DNA from: Aminithiophilus ramosus
GTDB taxonomy: Bacteria > Synergistota > Synergistia > Synergistales > Aminithiophilaceae
Direction of reading: 5' to 3'
Assembly: GCF_018069705.1 (NCBI RefSeq)
Contig: NZ_CP072943.1
Span: 2,671,668 to 2,735,667 of the forward strand
DNA: 64,000 nt
Shown: positions 1 through 10,060 of the stretch, in pieces
Layout: each line of letters opens with the position of its first letter
How positions within the stretch are numbered: the first letter of the stretch is position 1
Notes under the pieces: model-generated
What the model was told of the DNA's origin: nothing
Seen by the model: only the letters and a program-made list of their open reading frames with translations
The model's database searches: none
Program-made: the position numbers and the translations under genes

Positions 1-353
1 AGGCCGTCTTCATGGCCGGCCGCCTCCACGACGTCGGCAAGATCCGCGTCCCCTCGGAGATCCTCAACAAACCGGGACGTCTCTCTCCCCTGGAGCTCGC
101 CATCGTCCGCGAACACCCCCAATCGGGATGGGAGATCCTCAGGGACATCGACTTTCCCTGGCCCGTCGCCGACGTCGTCGAGGCCATGAGCGCCCATCGC
201 CCCTACCGCTCCGCCCCGGGCCTCGAGGCGGCCCTCGACGAGATCCGCCGGGGCGCGGGGACGATCTACGACGAGAGGGTCGTCACGGCCTGTTTCGAAC
301 TCTTTCGGAAGGGCTTCGATTTCGACGGCGAAAACCCCTTTATCTCTTCCTGA
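1..353 (+). CDS. HD-GYP domain phosphodiesterase, C-terminal fragment (5' end truncated by the window)
   Basis: The translation HDVGKIRVPSEILNKPGRLS...EHPQSGWEIL carries the HD-GYP signature. The reading frame is open to the window start. It is a paralog of the HD-GYP protein at 10061..11803. Confidence 0.6.
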   Translation, partial: AVFMAGRLHDVGKIRVPSEILNKPGRLSPLELAIVREHPQSGWEILRDIDFPWPVADVVEAMSAHRPYRSAPGLEAALDEIRRGAGTIYDERVVTACFELFRKGFDFDGENPFISS

Positions 354-698
354 AAGAAAGGACCTGCGTTTAGCCTTTTTTTCAGACTACAAACGACAAC
401 TGTGCCGCCGCAAAAATCGTCAAAAGCCTCTCCCGAAAGGCCTTTTTTCTTTTTGCCTCCCCCCTTTTTGCCCCTGATTCCTCTCCTAGCCGCCTCTGAG
501 ACCCATTCGCCCTTTTCGTCACTACATACTGCATATTGACGATCAATTTTTAAGAAATCTGTACTATTGACGACGATTCTCCGGCGCTCTAAGCTTTTCC
601 CCAACGTAATCTCCTGACATTTTCGTCCTCCAGAGAAAGATCGTAGATACTCTCGACGAGGGCATGGCAGGACCGGATTGCAAGGGGAGGGATTGCGC

Positions 699-2645
699 AT
701 GGGACAGACCGTTGCAGAGAAGATTCTCAGCCGTCACCTCGTTTCAGGCGATATGGAGCCGGGCAGACCTATCGCCCTTCGCATGGATCAGACCCTGACC
801 CAGGACGCCACGGGGACGATGGCCTATCTCCAGTTCGAGGCCATCGGCGTCGACAGGGTCCGGACGGAGCTTTCCGTCAGCTACGTCGATCACAACATGA
901 TCCAGGGCGACTACCGCAACCCCGACGATCACCGTTACCTTCAGGATGTGGCCGCCAAGTACGGCATCCTCTTCTCCCCCGCCGGCAACGGCATCTGCCA
1001 CCAGCTCCACCTGGAGCGTTTCGCCGTTCCCGGCAAGACTCTCATCGGCAGCGACTCCCATACTCCCACGGCGGGCGGGCTGACCATGATCGCCATCGGA
1101 GCGGGAGGCCTCGACGTGGCCCTGGCCATGGCTGGCGAACCCTTCGTCACGCCTATGCCCAGGATCACCCTCGTCCGCCTCGTGGGAACCCTCCAGCCCT
1201 TCGTCTCGGCCAAGGACGTCATCCTCGAGGTGCTCCGCCGCATCACCGTCAAGGGCGGCGTGGGACGCATCCTCGAGTACGGCGGTCCCGGCGTGGAGGG
1301 TCTCTCCGTCCCCGATCGGGCGACGATCACCAACATGGGCGCCGAGACGGGCGCCACGTCGTCGGTCTTCCCCAGCGACGAGGTGACGCGCCGCTGGCTC
1401 CGCTCCCAGGGGCGGGAGTCCTCCTGGGTGGAACTTTCCGCCGACGCCGACGCCCGCTACGACACGGTCATCGACATCGACCTTTCGACGCTGGAGCCCC
1501 TGGTGGCCCAGCCCTTCCAGCCCGACCGGGTCGTCCCGGTCCGCGAGCTGGCCGGCCTTCCCGTCGATCAGGTCATGTTCGGCTCCTGCACCAATTCGTC
1601 GCTGCGGGACATCGAGTCGGTGGCCCACATCCTCGAGGGCAGGCGGATCGCTCCCACCGTCGACGCCGGAATCTCTCCGGGGAGTCGCCAGGTGATCCTC
1701 GAGGCCGCCAGGACGGGAGCCTTCGCGACGCTCGTCGCCTCAGGCGTGCGCCTCCTCGAGGTGAGCTGCGGCGCCTGCATCGGCATGGGATTCGCCCCTC
1801 CCACGGAGGGCGTTTCGCTGCGGACGATCAACCGCAACTTCCTGGGCCGCTGCGGCCACAAGACGGGCAAGGTCTACCTCGTCAGCCCCGAAGTCGCCGC
1901 CGCCTCGGCCGTCACGGGCGTCCTCACCGATCCCCGCGATCTGGCCCGGGAAGAGGGAATCGAGCCCTTCTCCTTCGCCCAGCCCGATGCGTTCCTCGTC
2001 GACGACAGCCGCTTCGTCGCTCCCGCCGACGAGCCGGAGACGGTCACGATCCGCCGCGGCCCCAACATCGCCCCCCTGCCGCCCATCGAGGCCATGGCCG
2101 AGACGGTCCGGGGCGAGGTCCTCCTCAAGGTGGGCGACGACATCACGACGGACCACATCATGCCCGCCGGGGCCAAGATCCTTCCCCTGCGCTCCAACAT
2201 CCCCGCCATCGCCCGTCACGTCTTCGAGGTCGTCGACGCCTCCTTCCACGACAGGGCCCTGGCCAAGGGGGGCGGCTTCGTCGTCGGAGGGGCCAACTAC
2301 GGCCAGGGGTCGAGCCGGGAGCATGCCGCCCTGGCGCCGCGTTACCTGGGCGTCCGGGCCGTTTTGGCCAAGAGCTTCGCCCGCATCCATCTGGCCAACC
2401 TGGTCAACTGCGGCATCCTGCCCCTTCTCTTCCAGGACCCTTCCGATTATGACGCCGTCGAGGCGGGCGACGCCCTGAGCCTGAACCGCCGGGAGGTCGT
2501 GACGGCAGGCTCCTTCCCGGTCCGCAACGAACGATCGGGCCGCGACATTCCCTGCACGACGCCGATCTCGGAAGAGGATCTCGCCGTCGTCCTCGCCGGC
2601 GGGAAGCTGAACTGGGTCCGTTCGAAAAAAGCCGAACGTCTCTGA
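699..2645 (+). CDS. Aconitate hydratase (about 650-aa aconitase-family enzyme)
   Basis: An AGGGGAGGGA Shine-Dalgarno (SD) sequence precedes the ATG at 699. The protein has aconitase Fe-S cluster-ligand and substrate motifs (GSDSHT, SCTNSS, CGACIGMG, NRNFLGR). Start chosen over the ORF-track start at 678. Confidence 0.85.
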   Translation: MGQTVAEKILSRHLVSGDMEPGRPIALRMDQTLTQDATGTMAYLQFEAIGVDRVRTELSVSYVDHNMIQGDYRNPDDHRYLQDVAAKYGILFSPAGNGICHQLHLERFAVPGKTLIGSDSHTPTAGGLTMIAIGAGGLDVALAMAGEPFVTPMPRITLVRLVGTLQPFVSAKDVILEVLRRITVKGGVGRILEYGGPGVEGLSVPDRATITNMGAETGATSSVFPSDEVTRRWLRSQGRESSWVELSADADARYDTVIDIDLSTLEPLVAQPFQPDRVVPVRELAGLPVDQVMFGSCTNSSLRDIESVAHILEGRRIAPTVDAGISPGSRQVILEAARTGAFATLVASGVRLLEVSCGACIGMGFAPPTEGVSLRTINRNFLGRCGHKTGKVYLVSPEVAAASAVTGVLTDPRDLAREEGIEPFSFAQPDAFLVDDSRFVAPADEPETVTIRRGPNIAPLPPIEAMAETVRGEVLLKVGDDITTDHIMPAGAKILPLRSNIPAIARHVFEVVDASFHDRALAKGGGFVVGGANYGQGSSREHAALAPRYLGVRAVLAKSFARIHLANLVNCGILPLLFQDPSDYDAVEAGDALSLNRREVVTAGSFPVRNERSGRDIPCTTPISEEDLAVVLAGGKLNWVRSKKAERL

Positions 2646-2711
2646 CCACAAGAGTTGCCATAGAGGGGCCCCCCGGGGGGAACGAGAGTGGATCGAAAGG
2701 GAGGAAAAAAG

Positions 2712-3974
2712 ATGAGCCGTTTTGCCGACCTGGAGCTGAAGAACTACAAGGAGCCCGAACGGGGCGAGAGAATCGAAGTGAAGGGGGGGCGCCTCGTCGT
2801 TCCCGACGAGCCCGTCATCCCCTACGTCGAGGGCGACGGGATCGGCGTCGACATCACGCCGGCCATGAAGGCCGTCGTCGACTGCGCCGTCAGGAAGGCC
2901 TACGGCACCCGACGCCGTCTCGCCTGGTGGGAGATCTTCGCCGGTGAGAAGGCCATGGGGCTCTACGACACGGCCATCCCCGACGACTCCTTCGCCGCCC
3001 TCCGGTACTTCCGCATCGGCATCAAGGGTCCCCTGACCACCCCCGTCGGCGGCGGCTTCCGAAGCCTCAACGTCGCCTTCCGCCAGGTCCTGGACCTCTA
3101 CGCCTGCGTCCGGCCCGTGCGCTGGTTCGACGGCGTCCCGGCCCCTCTCAAGCGCCCTCAGGACGTGGACATGGTCATCTTCCGCGAAAACACGGAGGAC
3201 CTCTACGCCGGCATCGAGTGGGAACAGGGGACGGCCGCCTGCGAGAAGATGATCCGCTTCATCAAGGAGGAGATGGGGGCCAGGCAGTTCCGCGACGACT
3301 CGGGCATCGGCATCAAGCCCATCTCCATCACGGGGACGAAGCGCCTGGTCCGCATGGCCATCCAGTACGCCGTCGACCACAAACGTCCCTCGGTGACGCT
3401 CGTCCACAAGGGCAATATCATGAAGTTCACCGAAGGGGCCTTCCGCAAGTGGGGCTACGAAGTGGCCCGCGAGGAGTTCGGCTCCGTCTGCATCACCGAA
3501 GAGGAGCTCTTCGGGACCTACGGCGGGAAGTGCCCCGAGGGGAAGATCGTCGTCAAGGACCGCATCGCCGACGCCATGTTCCAGCAGATCCTCCTCCGCC
3601 CCGCCGAGTACGACGTGCTGGCCACGGCCAACCTGAACGGCGACTACATCTCCGACGCCCTGGCCGCCTCCGTCGGAGGCCTGGGTCTGGCCCCCGGAGC
3701 GAACATGAACGACGAGGTGGCCTTCTTCGAGGCCACTCACGGGACGGCGCCCAAATACGCCGGCCAGGACAAGGTCAACCCGGGCTCTCTCATCCTCTCG
3801 GCCGTCCTCATGGTGGAGCACCTGGGCTGGCAGGAGGCCGCCGACCTCATCGTCGGCGGCATGGAGAAGGCCATCAGCGAGGGCATCGTCACCTACGACC
3901 TGGCCCGTCAGCGTCAGGGGGCCCAGGAGGTCTCCTGTTCCCGATTCGCCGAGGCCATCTGCGACAAGATGTAG
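2712..3974 (+). CDS. icd: NADP-dependent isocitrate dehydrogenase
   Basis: An AGGGAGGA SD precedes the ATG at 2712. The protein aligns along its full length to the prokaryotic homodimeric IDH family (motifs [28 protein letters not shown]). Confidence 0.85.
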   Translation: MSRFADLELKNYKEPERGERIEVKGGRLVVPDEPVIPYVEGDGIGVDITPAMKAVVDCAVRKAYGTRRRLAWWEIFAGEKAMGLYDTAIPDDSFAALRYFRIGIKGPLTTPVGGGFRSLNVAFRQVLDLYACVRPVRWFDGVPAPLKRPQDVDMVIFRENTEDLYAGIEWEQGTAACEKMIRFIKEEMGARQFRDDSGIGIKPISITGTKRLVRMAIQYAVDHKRPSVTLVHKGNIMKFTEGAFRKWGYEVAREEFGSVCITEEELFGTYGGKCPEGKIVVKDRIADAMFQQILLRPAEYDVLATANLNGDYISDALAASVGGLGLAPGANMNDEVAFFEATHGTAPKYAGQDKVNPGSLILSAVLMVEHLGWQEAADLIVGGMEKAISEGIVTYDLARQRQGAQEVSCSRFAEAICDKM

Positions 3975-3982
3975 TCTGACGG

Positions 3983-4012
3983 GGAGAGGAGGAAGTCCCT
4001 CCTCTCCCTCTT
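3983..4012 (+). terminator. Intrinsic terminator-like hairpin after icd
   Basis: GGGAGAGGAGG-aagtc-CCTCCTCTCCC stem-loop lies immediately downstream of the icd stop, followed by a T/C-rich run. Confidence 0.45.
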
Positions 4013-4122
4013 CTCTCCCTGACCGCAGGGAAAGCAAGGGGCCTGCCGGTCTCCGCATCGAAGTCGCAGAAGTGACGGAGAGACGGAGCCGGGAGCGCCC
4101 CTTTGCGCTATGATCGACAGCG

Positions 4123-4434
4123 ATGAATCGACGATCTCCTCCGATCGTCAGAAGGAGCGTGATATTCGTGATCGAAACAATCGCCCAGGCGGGAACGCTG
4201 GAGTCGTCGGACTGTCTCGTGACGGTCTCGCCGTCGCCGACGCTGGAGCTGGAGTGTCGCGGCGCGACGGCGGGGCTTTTCGCCGAGCGTAACCGCGCCG
4301 TCGTCGAATCGGTCCTGCGAGAGCGGGGTCTGACGGGAGCGAAGGTGCAGATCCAGGATCAGGGGGCGCTGGAGCTGACCCTCCGGGCCCGGATCGGCAC
4401 GGCCCTGGACCGGGCCCGGGGAGGCGCGCGATGA
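4123..4434 (+). CDS. citD: Citrate lyase acyl carrier protein (gamma subunit)
   Basis: The AGTLESSD motif contains the conserved prosthetic-group serine. The size matches CitD. The stop overlaps the citE start (ATGA). The true start may instead be a GTG at 4159 or 4168, 3'/downstream of the AGGAG SD at 4152-4156. Confidence 0.7.
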   Translation: MNRRSPPIVRRSVIFVIETIAQAGTLESSDCLVTVSPSPTLELECRGATAGLFAERNRAVVESVLRERGLTGAKVQIQDQGALELTLRARIGTALDRARGGAR

Positions 4435-5303
4435 GGCTCCGCTCCATGCTCTACATCCCCGGCAACAGCCCGGCCATGATCCAGCAGGCTCCCGTCTTCG
4501 GGGCCGACAGCATCCTCCTCGACCTGGAGGACGCCGTGGCCCTCTCGGAGAAGGACAGCGCCCGCGATCTGGTCTGCGCCTTCCTGAAGGGCCTCGACTT
4601 CGGCACGGTCGTCGTCACGGTCCGCCTCAACGGATCGGACACGCCCTTTTTCGACGGTGACCTCCGGGCCGTGATCCCCTGTCGCCCCGCCGCCGTCCGT
4701 CTGCCCAAGTGCTCGTCGCCTCAGGACGTCCTGGCCTGCGACGCCCTCATGGCCGAGCTGGAGAGGGAGTCGGGCCTCGACGTCGGCACGGTGAAGCTCC
4801 ACGCCATGATCGAGACGGCCCGGGGCCTGTCCAACGCCCAGGCCATCGCCGACTGCTGTCCCCGCGTTACGGCCCTCACCCTGGGCGGCCAGGACCTGAC
4901 GGCCGACATGGGGGTGAGGAAGACCCGCGAGGGGAAGGAACTCTTCACGGCCCGGACCCTGGTGGCCCTGGCGGCCCGCGCCGCGGGGATCGACGCCTTC
5001 GACACGGTCTGGACCGACGTGAACGACAACGAAGGACTCCTGGAGGAGACGAAGGCCGTCGTCGGCCTGGGCTTTTCGGGCAAGGCGGCCATCCATCCCG
5101 GCCAGATCGAGTGGATCCACAAGGCCTTCGTCCCCGAGGCCAAGGAGATCGTCAGGGCCCGACGCATCGTCGAGGCGGCCCAGGCCGCCGAGGCCGAGGG
5201 CAGAGGCGTCGTCTCCGTCGACGGCAGGATGGTCGACGCTCCCGTGGTGAAGCGGGCCCTTCACACCCTCGAGATGGCCCGACTGGCCGAGGAGGTGCTC
5301 TAG
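4431..5303 (+). CDS. citE: Citrate lyase beta subunit (citryl-CoA lyase)
   Basis: HpcH/HpaI aldolase/CitE-family signatures (LDLEDAV, MIETA, ALTLGGQDL) and a GGGGAGG SD. Confidence 0.85.
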   Translation: MRLRSMLYIPGNSPAMIQQAPVFGADSILLDLEDAVALSEKDSARDLVCAFLKGLDFGTVVVTVRLNGSDTPFFDGDLRAVIPCRPAAVRLPKCSSPQDVLACDALMAELERESGLDVGTVKLHAMIETARGLSNAQAIADCCPRVTALTLGGQDLTADMGVRKTREGKELFTARTLVALAARAAGIDAFDTVWTDVNDNEGLLEETKAVVGLGFSGKAAIHPGQIEWIHKAFVPEAKEIVRARRIVEAAQAAEAEGRGVVSVDGRMVDAPVVKRALHTLEMARLAEEVL

Positions 5304-6875
5304 ATGACACGTGACAGAGGACGGGTCGTCAACGGGCTGGGACGTCGCGTCCCGGCCTTCATCGAAGGGCTCGGCGCCTTCGATCCCTACGAGGGCCCCT
5401 GGAGCCGCCTCGAGCGGGGCTACGAGGCGCCCCGCCTCGTCCCGCCCCTGCGGGGGTCGATGCCGCGGAAGACGAAGGTCGTCGAAAGCCTCCGCCGTGC
5501 CATCGAGGCCTCGGGCCTTCAGAGCGGCATGACCCTCTCCTTCCACCATCACCTGCGCAACGGCGACGCCCTTCTCATGGCCGTCCTGAACGAATGCGAG
5601 GCCATGGGGATCGGAAACCTCACCCTCGCCCCCAGCTCCCTGACCGACGCCCACGACGGGGTGGCCGACCTGGTGCGGCGGGGCGTCGTGAGCCAGATCC
5701 ACACCTCCGGCGTCCGCGGCGCCGTGGGCAGGGCCATCTCGAAGGGGGAGGTCCCCTTTCCCGTCGTCATCCGCAGCCACGGGGGGAGGGCGCGGGCCAT
5801 CGAGGAGGGCTCCATCTCCATCGACGTGGCCTTCCTGGCCGCCCCGGCCTGCGATCCCCAGGGGAACCTGACGGGGGCCCTGGGCCCCTCGGGGTGCGGC
5901 TCCCTGGGCTACGCCCAGATCGACGCCCGCCACGCCCGCCACGTCGTGGCCGTCACGGACCACCTCGTCCCCCAGCCGCTGAACCGCATCTCCATCCCCC
6001 AGTACCTCGTCGACCAGGTCGTCGTCGTCGAGAGCCTGGGAGACGCCTCGAAGATCGCCACCGGGGCGGCGCGGATCACGCGGAGTCCCGTGGACCTCAA
6101 GATCGCCCGCGACGCCTACCGCCTCATCGCCGCCTCGGGGCTGCTCGCCCCGGGCGTCTCCTTCCAGGTCGGCGCCGGAGGAGCCAGCCTGGCCGTGGCG
6201 GCCTTCGTCCGGGACCACATGAAGGAGAAGGGAATCAAAGGGAGCTGGGGCTGCGGCGGGATCACGGGCTACATGGTCCGGATGCTCGAGGAGGGACTCT
6301 TCGAGGCCCTCTACGACGTCCAGAGCTTCGACGCCGCCGTCCGTGACTCGCTGGTGCGCAACGGCAACCACATCGAGATCGACCAGTCCTGGTACGCCAA
6401 CCCCCTCAACCGGGGCTGCGTCGTCCACAACCTGGACGTCGTCGTCCTGGCGGCCCTGGAGGTGGACGTGGCCTTCAACGTCAACGTCATGACGGGACAC
6501 GACGGCGTCCTCCGCGGCGCCTCGGGGGGCCACTGCGACACGGCGGCCGGGGCCAAGCTGGCCGTCGTCGTCGTCCCCTCCTTCCGCGGCGGCGTCCCCT
6601 CCATCCTCGACCGGGTCCAGACCGTCGTCACGCCCGGCGAGACCGTCGACGCCATCGTCACCGAGCGGGGCCTCTGCATCAACCCCCGGAGGAGCGATCT
6701 CATCGAGGCGGCCCGCTCCGCCCGGCTGCCCCTGAAGGAGATCGCCGACCTCAAGAGGGAGGTCGAGGCTCTCACGGGAGTCCCCCGCCCGAACGAGCCC
6801 GATTCGGACCGCGTCGTCGCCGTCGTCGAGTACCGCGACGGCACCCTCATCGACAGCGTCTTCCAGGTCAAGTAG
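5304..6875 (+). CDS. citF: Citrate lyase alpha subunit (citrate CoA-transferase)
   Basis: Aligns along its length with E. coli CitF (GMTLSFHHH, HTSGVRG, CGSLGY, VQSFD, LRGASGGHCDTA, VVEYRDG). Confidence 0.9.
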   Translation: MTRDRGRVVNGLGRRVPAFIEGLGAFDPYEGPWSRLERGYEAPRLVPPLRGSMPRKTKVVESLRRAIEASGLQSGMTLSFHHHLRNGDALLMAVLNECEAMGIGNLTLAPSSLTDAHDGVADLVRRGVVSQIHTSGVRGAVGRAISKGEVPFPVVIRSHGGRARAIEEGSISIDVAFLAAPACDPQGNLTGALGPSGCGSLGYAQIDARHARHVVAVTDHLVPQPLNRISIPQYLVDQVVVVESLGDASKIATGAARITRSPVDLKIARDAYRLIAASGLLAPGVSFQVGAGGASLAVAAFVRDHMKEKGIKGSWGCGGITGYMVRMLEEGLFEALYDVQSFDAAVRDSLVRNGNHIEIDQSWYANPLNRGCVVHNLDVVVLAALEVDVAFNVNVMTGHDGVLRGASGGHCDTAAGAKLAVVVVPSFRGGVPSILDRVQTVVTPGETVDAIVTERGLCINPRRSDLIEAARSARLPLKEIADLKREVEALTGVPRPNEPDSDRVVAVVEYRDGTLIDSVFQVK

Positions 6876-6991
6876 GCCGGGCCTCCGAGGCGGGCCCCGC
6901 CCGACGAAGCCCGTTCCTCTTCGACGATTCCGCCCTGTTTTGTCGGCCCGAGCCGGTGCCGTCACCCTAACCCTTCCCGGAGGTGTTCCCG

Positions 6992-7759
6992 ATGAAACTC
7001 ATCCGTTTTCTCCCCTCAGGCAGCCAGGCCCCCCTCTGGGGCCTCATCGACGGCGAATCGGTCGTCGTCACCGACGGTCCCGGCGGCGACGGGACGTCCA
7101 TCTCCTTTCCCCTCGACTCGGTGCGCCTCCTCGCCCCGGCCGAAACGCCCAAGATCGTCTGCGTCGGCCGGAACTACCTGGACCACATCCGCGAGCTGGG
7201 CAACGACGACCAGAACCTCCCCGCGGAGCCGGGCCTCTTTCTCAAGCTTCCCAACACCCTGGCCGACCCCGGAGCGGTCGTCCCCTACCCCGCCTTTACG
7301 GAGAACTTCCACTACGAGGGAGAGCTGGCCGCCGTCATCGGCCGGACGATGAAAGACGTCTCCGAGGAGGAGGCCCTCGGCCACGTCCTCGGCTACAGCT
7401 GCGCCGTCGACCTGACGGCTAGGGACCGCCAGAAAAGCGACCTCCAGTGGACCCGGGCCAAGAGCGCCGACCTCTTCTGCCCCCTCGGCCCCTGGATCGA
7501 GACCGAACTGGACCCGGCGAAAAGCCGCGTCACGACGCGCGTCAACGGCGAGGTGCGCCAGGACGGGACGACGGATCTCATGATCTTCCCCGTCGCCCGC
7601 GTCCTGAGCTACATCTCGACTTTCATGACCCTAGAACGGGGCGACGTGGTCCTCACCGGAACGCCCTGCGGCGTCGGCGAGCTTCACCCCGGAGACAGGG
7701 TCGACGTCACCGTCGACGGCGTGGGCACCCTCTCCGTTTCCATCGGCGAGAGGGCCTGA
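6992..7759 (+). CDS. Fumarylacetoacetate hydrolase (FAH) family protein; candidate soluble oxaloacetate decarboxylase (FAHD1/YcgM-like)
   Basis: FAH-fold motifs ([25 protein letters not shown]). It lies directly downstream of citDEF, which suggests an oxaloacetate decarboxylase role. A GGAGGTG SD sits 5 nt before the ATG at 6992. Confidence 0.7.
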   Translation: MKLIRFLPSGSQAPLWGLIDGESVVVTDGPGGDGTSISFPLDSVRLLAPAETPKIVCVGRNYLDHIRELGNDDQNLPAEPGLFLKLPNTLADPGAVVPYPAFTENFHYEGELAAVIGRTMKDVSEEEALGHVLGYSCAVDLTARDRQKSDLQWTRAKSADLFCPLGPWIETELDPAKSRVTTRVNGEVRQDGTTDLMIFPVARVLSYISTFMTLERGDVVLTGTPCGVGELHPGDRVDVTVDGVGTLSVSIGERA

Positions 7760-7770
7760 CGCCGTCCCTC

Positions 7771-7823
7771 GGCCATGAATGCAGGAAGGGCCCCCGATGG
7801 GGGGCCCTTCCTGCATTCATGGC
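7771..7823. terminator. Bidirectional terminator between convergent genes (perfect 24-bp-stem hairpin)
   Basis: GGCCATGAATGCAGGAAGGGCCCCC-gatg-GGGGGCCCTTCCTGCATTCATGGCC lies between the FAH (+) and DUF4276 (-) 3' ends. Confidence 0.6.
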
Positions 7824-7885
7824 CTCCTGCTCCCTCGACAGGACCTGCCGTCGCGGAGGCGGACCGCCCCGGGAGAGAGTCTCCC

Positions 7886-8569
7886 TCACCGTGCCCCTCC
7901 GGCCAGGCCTTCCAGCGACGTCACCCAGGCGTCGAAAAGGGGACAGGCGCGACGCATCGCGTCGATGCCGACGGCCTTGGCGATCCCGATTCCCGTGACG
8001 GTTTTCTTGAACGTCGGGGAGAGGGCTTTCAGCCTTTTCGACGGGGCTCCGTCGGGGCGATCGTTGATCCCTTCCGGCTCTCGGCACTCGCCGAGAATGG
8101 CGTCGATCCCCTTCCGCGCGACGCCCAGCCCGGCCGCCAGAGTGGCGGGATCGCTGAAATAAAGGGCCTCCGTCTCATGCATGGAGACGTAAGGGATGAA
8201 GCGTCGATCCGGGTCCCGATCCGCGAAGAGCGTTTGGACCTCTCGGGCCGTGGCGCCGTTCATGACCGACGCCTTTGCGGCGGAATCGGCCTGCCGCTTC
8301 GATTCGGCATATCCCGGCCAATCCGTCCCGATGCCGTAATAATCGATCATGAGGGTCACCCACGTATCGCTCCGCTGCTTGAGAAGGTTTCTGATGTCCT
8401 TTTGGGCCCTTGCGAACCGGACGTCGCCGCCCTTTGCTCCCGGCTTGGAGAGGATGACCGCTTCGAGCCAGATCCCCTTCTCTCCCAGGTAAGGAGCGAG
8501 AAGATCTCGTACAAAGTACCGCTCCGTGGCCCCTTCGACGAGGGCGACCACCGTCGCCGTCTCACTCAT
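7886..8569 (-). CDS. DUF4276-family protein, Toprim-like (putative nuclease partner of the AAA_21 ATPase)
   Basis: An N-terminal VVALVEGATE motif (Toprim-type acidic strand) and an AGGGAGG SD. Its ATG overlaps the stop of the upstream ATPase (ATGAGTGA), indicating translational coupling. Confidence 0.7.
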   Translation of the reverse strand: MSETATVVALVEGATERYFVRDLLAPYLGEKGIWLEAVILSKPGAKGGDVRFARAQKDIRNLLKQRSDTWVTLMIDYYGIGTDWPGYAESKRQADSAAKASVMNGATAREVQTLFADRDPDRRFIPYVSMHETEALYFSDPATLAAGLGVARKGIDAILGECREPEGINDRPDGAPSKRLKALSPTFKKTVTGIGIAKAVGIDAMRRACPLFDAWVTSLEGLAGGAR

Positions 8570-9695
8570 GGTTCGAGCCTCCCTGGATCACATTTCTGAC
8601 CCAGAGATCACCGAGGGAGTATTCCTCGAGCCATCGGCTGAAAGCATCGCGATCGAGCCGTTCGAAAAGGGATTGGCCCTCTTTCCGGTTGACCACCACC
8701 ACCTCTTCGACGGAGAACTGATCGATGAGCAGAGGCGATTGGGTGGCGACGATGATCTGCGTCCGCTCCGCCCCGTCCCGGATCAGCTCTCCCAGGACAC
8801 GGATCGCCTCGGGGTGGAGCCCCAGCTCGGGCTCGTCGATGACGATCGTCGACGGAGGCCGAGGCTGGAGAAGGGCCGTGGCCAGGCAGATGAAACGGAT
8901 GGAGCCGTCCGAGAAGTGGTAGGGCTGCATGGGAAAATCGGAGCCCCTCTGGCTCCAGCTCAGCCTCACCTTTTCGGCCTCGCCCATCGTCACCGCATCG
9001 AGAAGGAAGTCGTCGAAAAAGGGAAGGATCAGACGGGTCGCCTCGACGATCTCCCGATAGAGGGCGCGGTGGTCATCGCTGTTTTTCAGCCCCAGCAGGA
9101 AGGGGGCGATATTGGCGCCGTCGCTCCGGAGAATCCTGTTGTCCTCGACGATCTCCGAACGGCGCATGGGGGCCGTTGAACTCGTGTCGTGGAAGTGATA
9201 GACCATCCAGCTCGCGATGGCCTCGTAGACGTAATGGCCGACACCGGGGCTTTTCCCGCTGAGGGAGGTTTCGCCCCGTTCGTCGAAGAGGCGGCTCTCC
9301 GACGAGGGGCCTCCGTAGGAGCGCCAGCTGCTCGTCACATACTTGCGCTCCTCGCTGACGAGAAAGGTCTCGTCCACGGTGGGCGCCAGCTCCAGGCGGT
9401 AGGCATTCGGGCCCTGGGCGGAGTCGCTGAGAGAGGCGAACTCGAAGGCCATCCTGATGGAAGAGGTCTGTCTGGGCCCGTTGTGGAGGAAGTTATCGGC
9501 GCCACCGTTTTCCCGGACGAACTTCTGCAGATTTTTTCGCGTCATCGCCATAAGCAGGCGAAAGATCTGAATGAAGTTGCTTTTGCCCGAGCCATTGGCA
9601 CCGACGATGACGTTCACCTCTCCGAGATCGAAATCCTTCAGCTCCCTGATGGATTTGAATCCCTCGACGCTGATTCTGCTGACGGCCCCTCTCAT
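8562..9695 (-). CDS. AAA_21/AAA_15-type ABC-like ATPase (SMC/RecF-like; OLD/AbiLi/PARIS-AriA-like architecture)
   Basis: N-terminal Walker A (GANGSGKSN) and C-terminal Walker B plus signature (IVIDEPELGLHPEA ... TQSPLLI). A GAGGGAGG SD. The gene has somewhat lower GC than its surroundings (visual estimate ~60% vs 68-70%). Confidence 0.75.
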   Translation of the reverse strand: MRGAVSRISVEGFKSIRELKDFDLGEVNVIVGANGSGKSNFIQIFRLLMAMTRKNLQKFVRENGGADNFLHNGPRQTSSIRMAFEFASLSDSAQGPNAYRLELAPTVDETFLVSEERKYVTSSWRSYGGPSSESRLFDERGETSLSGKSPGVGHYVYEAIASWMVYHFHDTSSTAPMRRSEIVEDNRILRSDGANIAPFLLGLKNSDDHRALYREIVEATRLILPFFDDFLLDAVTMGEAEKVRLSWSQRGSDFPMQPYHFSDGSIRFICLATALLQPRPPSTIVIDEPELGLHPEAIRVLGELIRDGAERTQIIVATQSPLLIDQFSVEEVVVVNRKEGQSLFERLDRDAFSRWLEEYSLGDLWVRNVIQGGSNHE

Positions 9696-10060
9696 CGCGA
9701 GCCTCCCTCGATCCTATGAGTCTCGCTCTTTGCAGAGGGACCAGGAGGCGCAGGACCGCGAGGGCCGGCACCTCCGGTAAGCGATTTCTGCGCGCCGTGA
9801 TCGCGACGAGCGTTCCCGGTCATTCTCCCGATCATCTCCTCGTCAAAGTCCTTTTCGAAAGACATCTTCCGAGAAAGAACCGATAAGAAATCCTTCGGCG
9901 ACGGGCATCCGCCTTTCGCGACTCCATGATAACCGACGGCGCCTCTGCGCCCAAGGCCCTCTTTCGGTTTCCCTCGCGGCAATCGATCGGGGCAACGCGG
10001 GCCTTCGGGTTCCGTCGCCGCAAAGGCGGGCCCCCGGTGAAAGGAGTATCGACGGTGGCG

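Noticed and set aside
1740-4058. Long antisense ORFs throughout the track (for example 1740..4058 -, 4359..6965 -, 11964..13682 -, 19392..21044 +, 46069..49191 -, 49456..51972 -, 55607..57010 +, 21152..22426 -)
   Set aside because: They lie opposite well-supported genes. Their translations are low-complexity (Gly/Arg/Asp/Glu/Ala-rich) with no recognisable domains. This is the typical stop-codon-poor antisense frame of a 68-70% GC genome.
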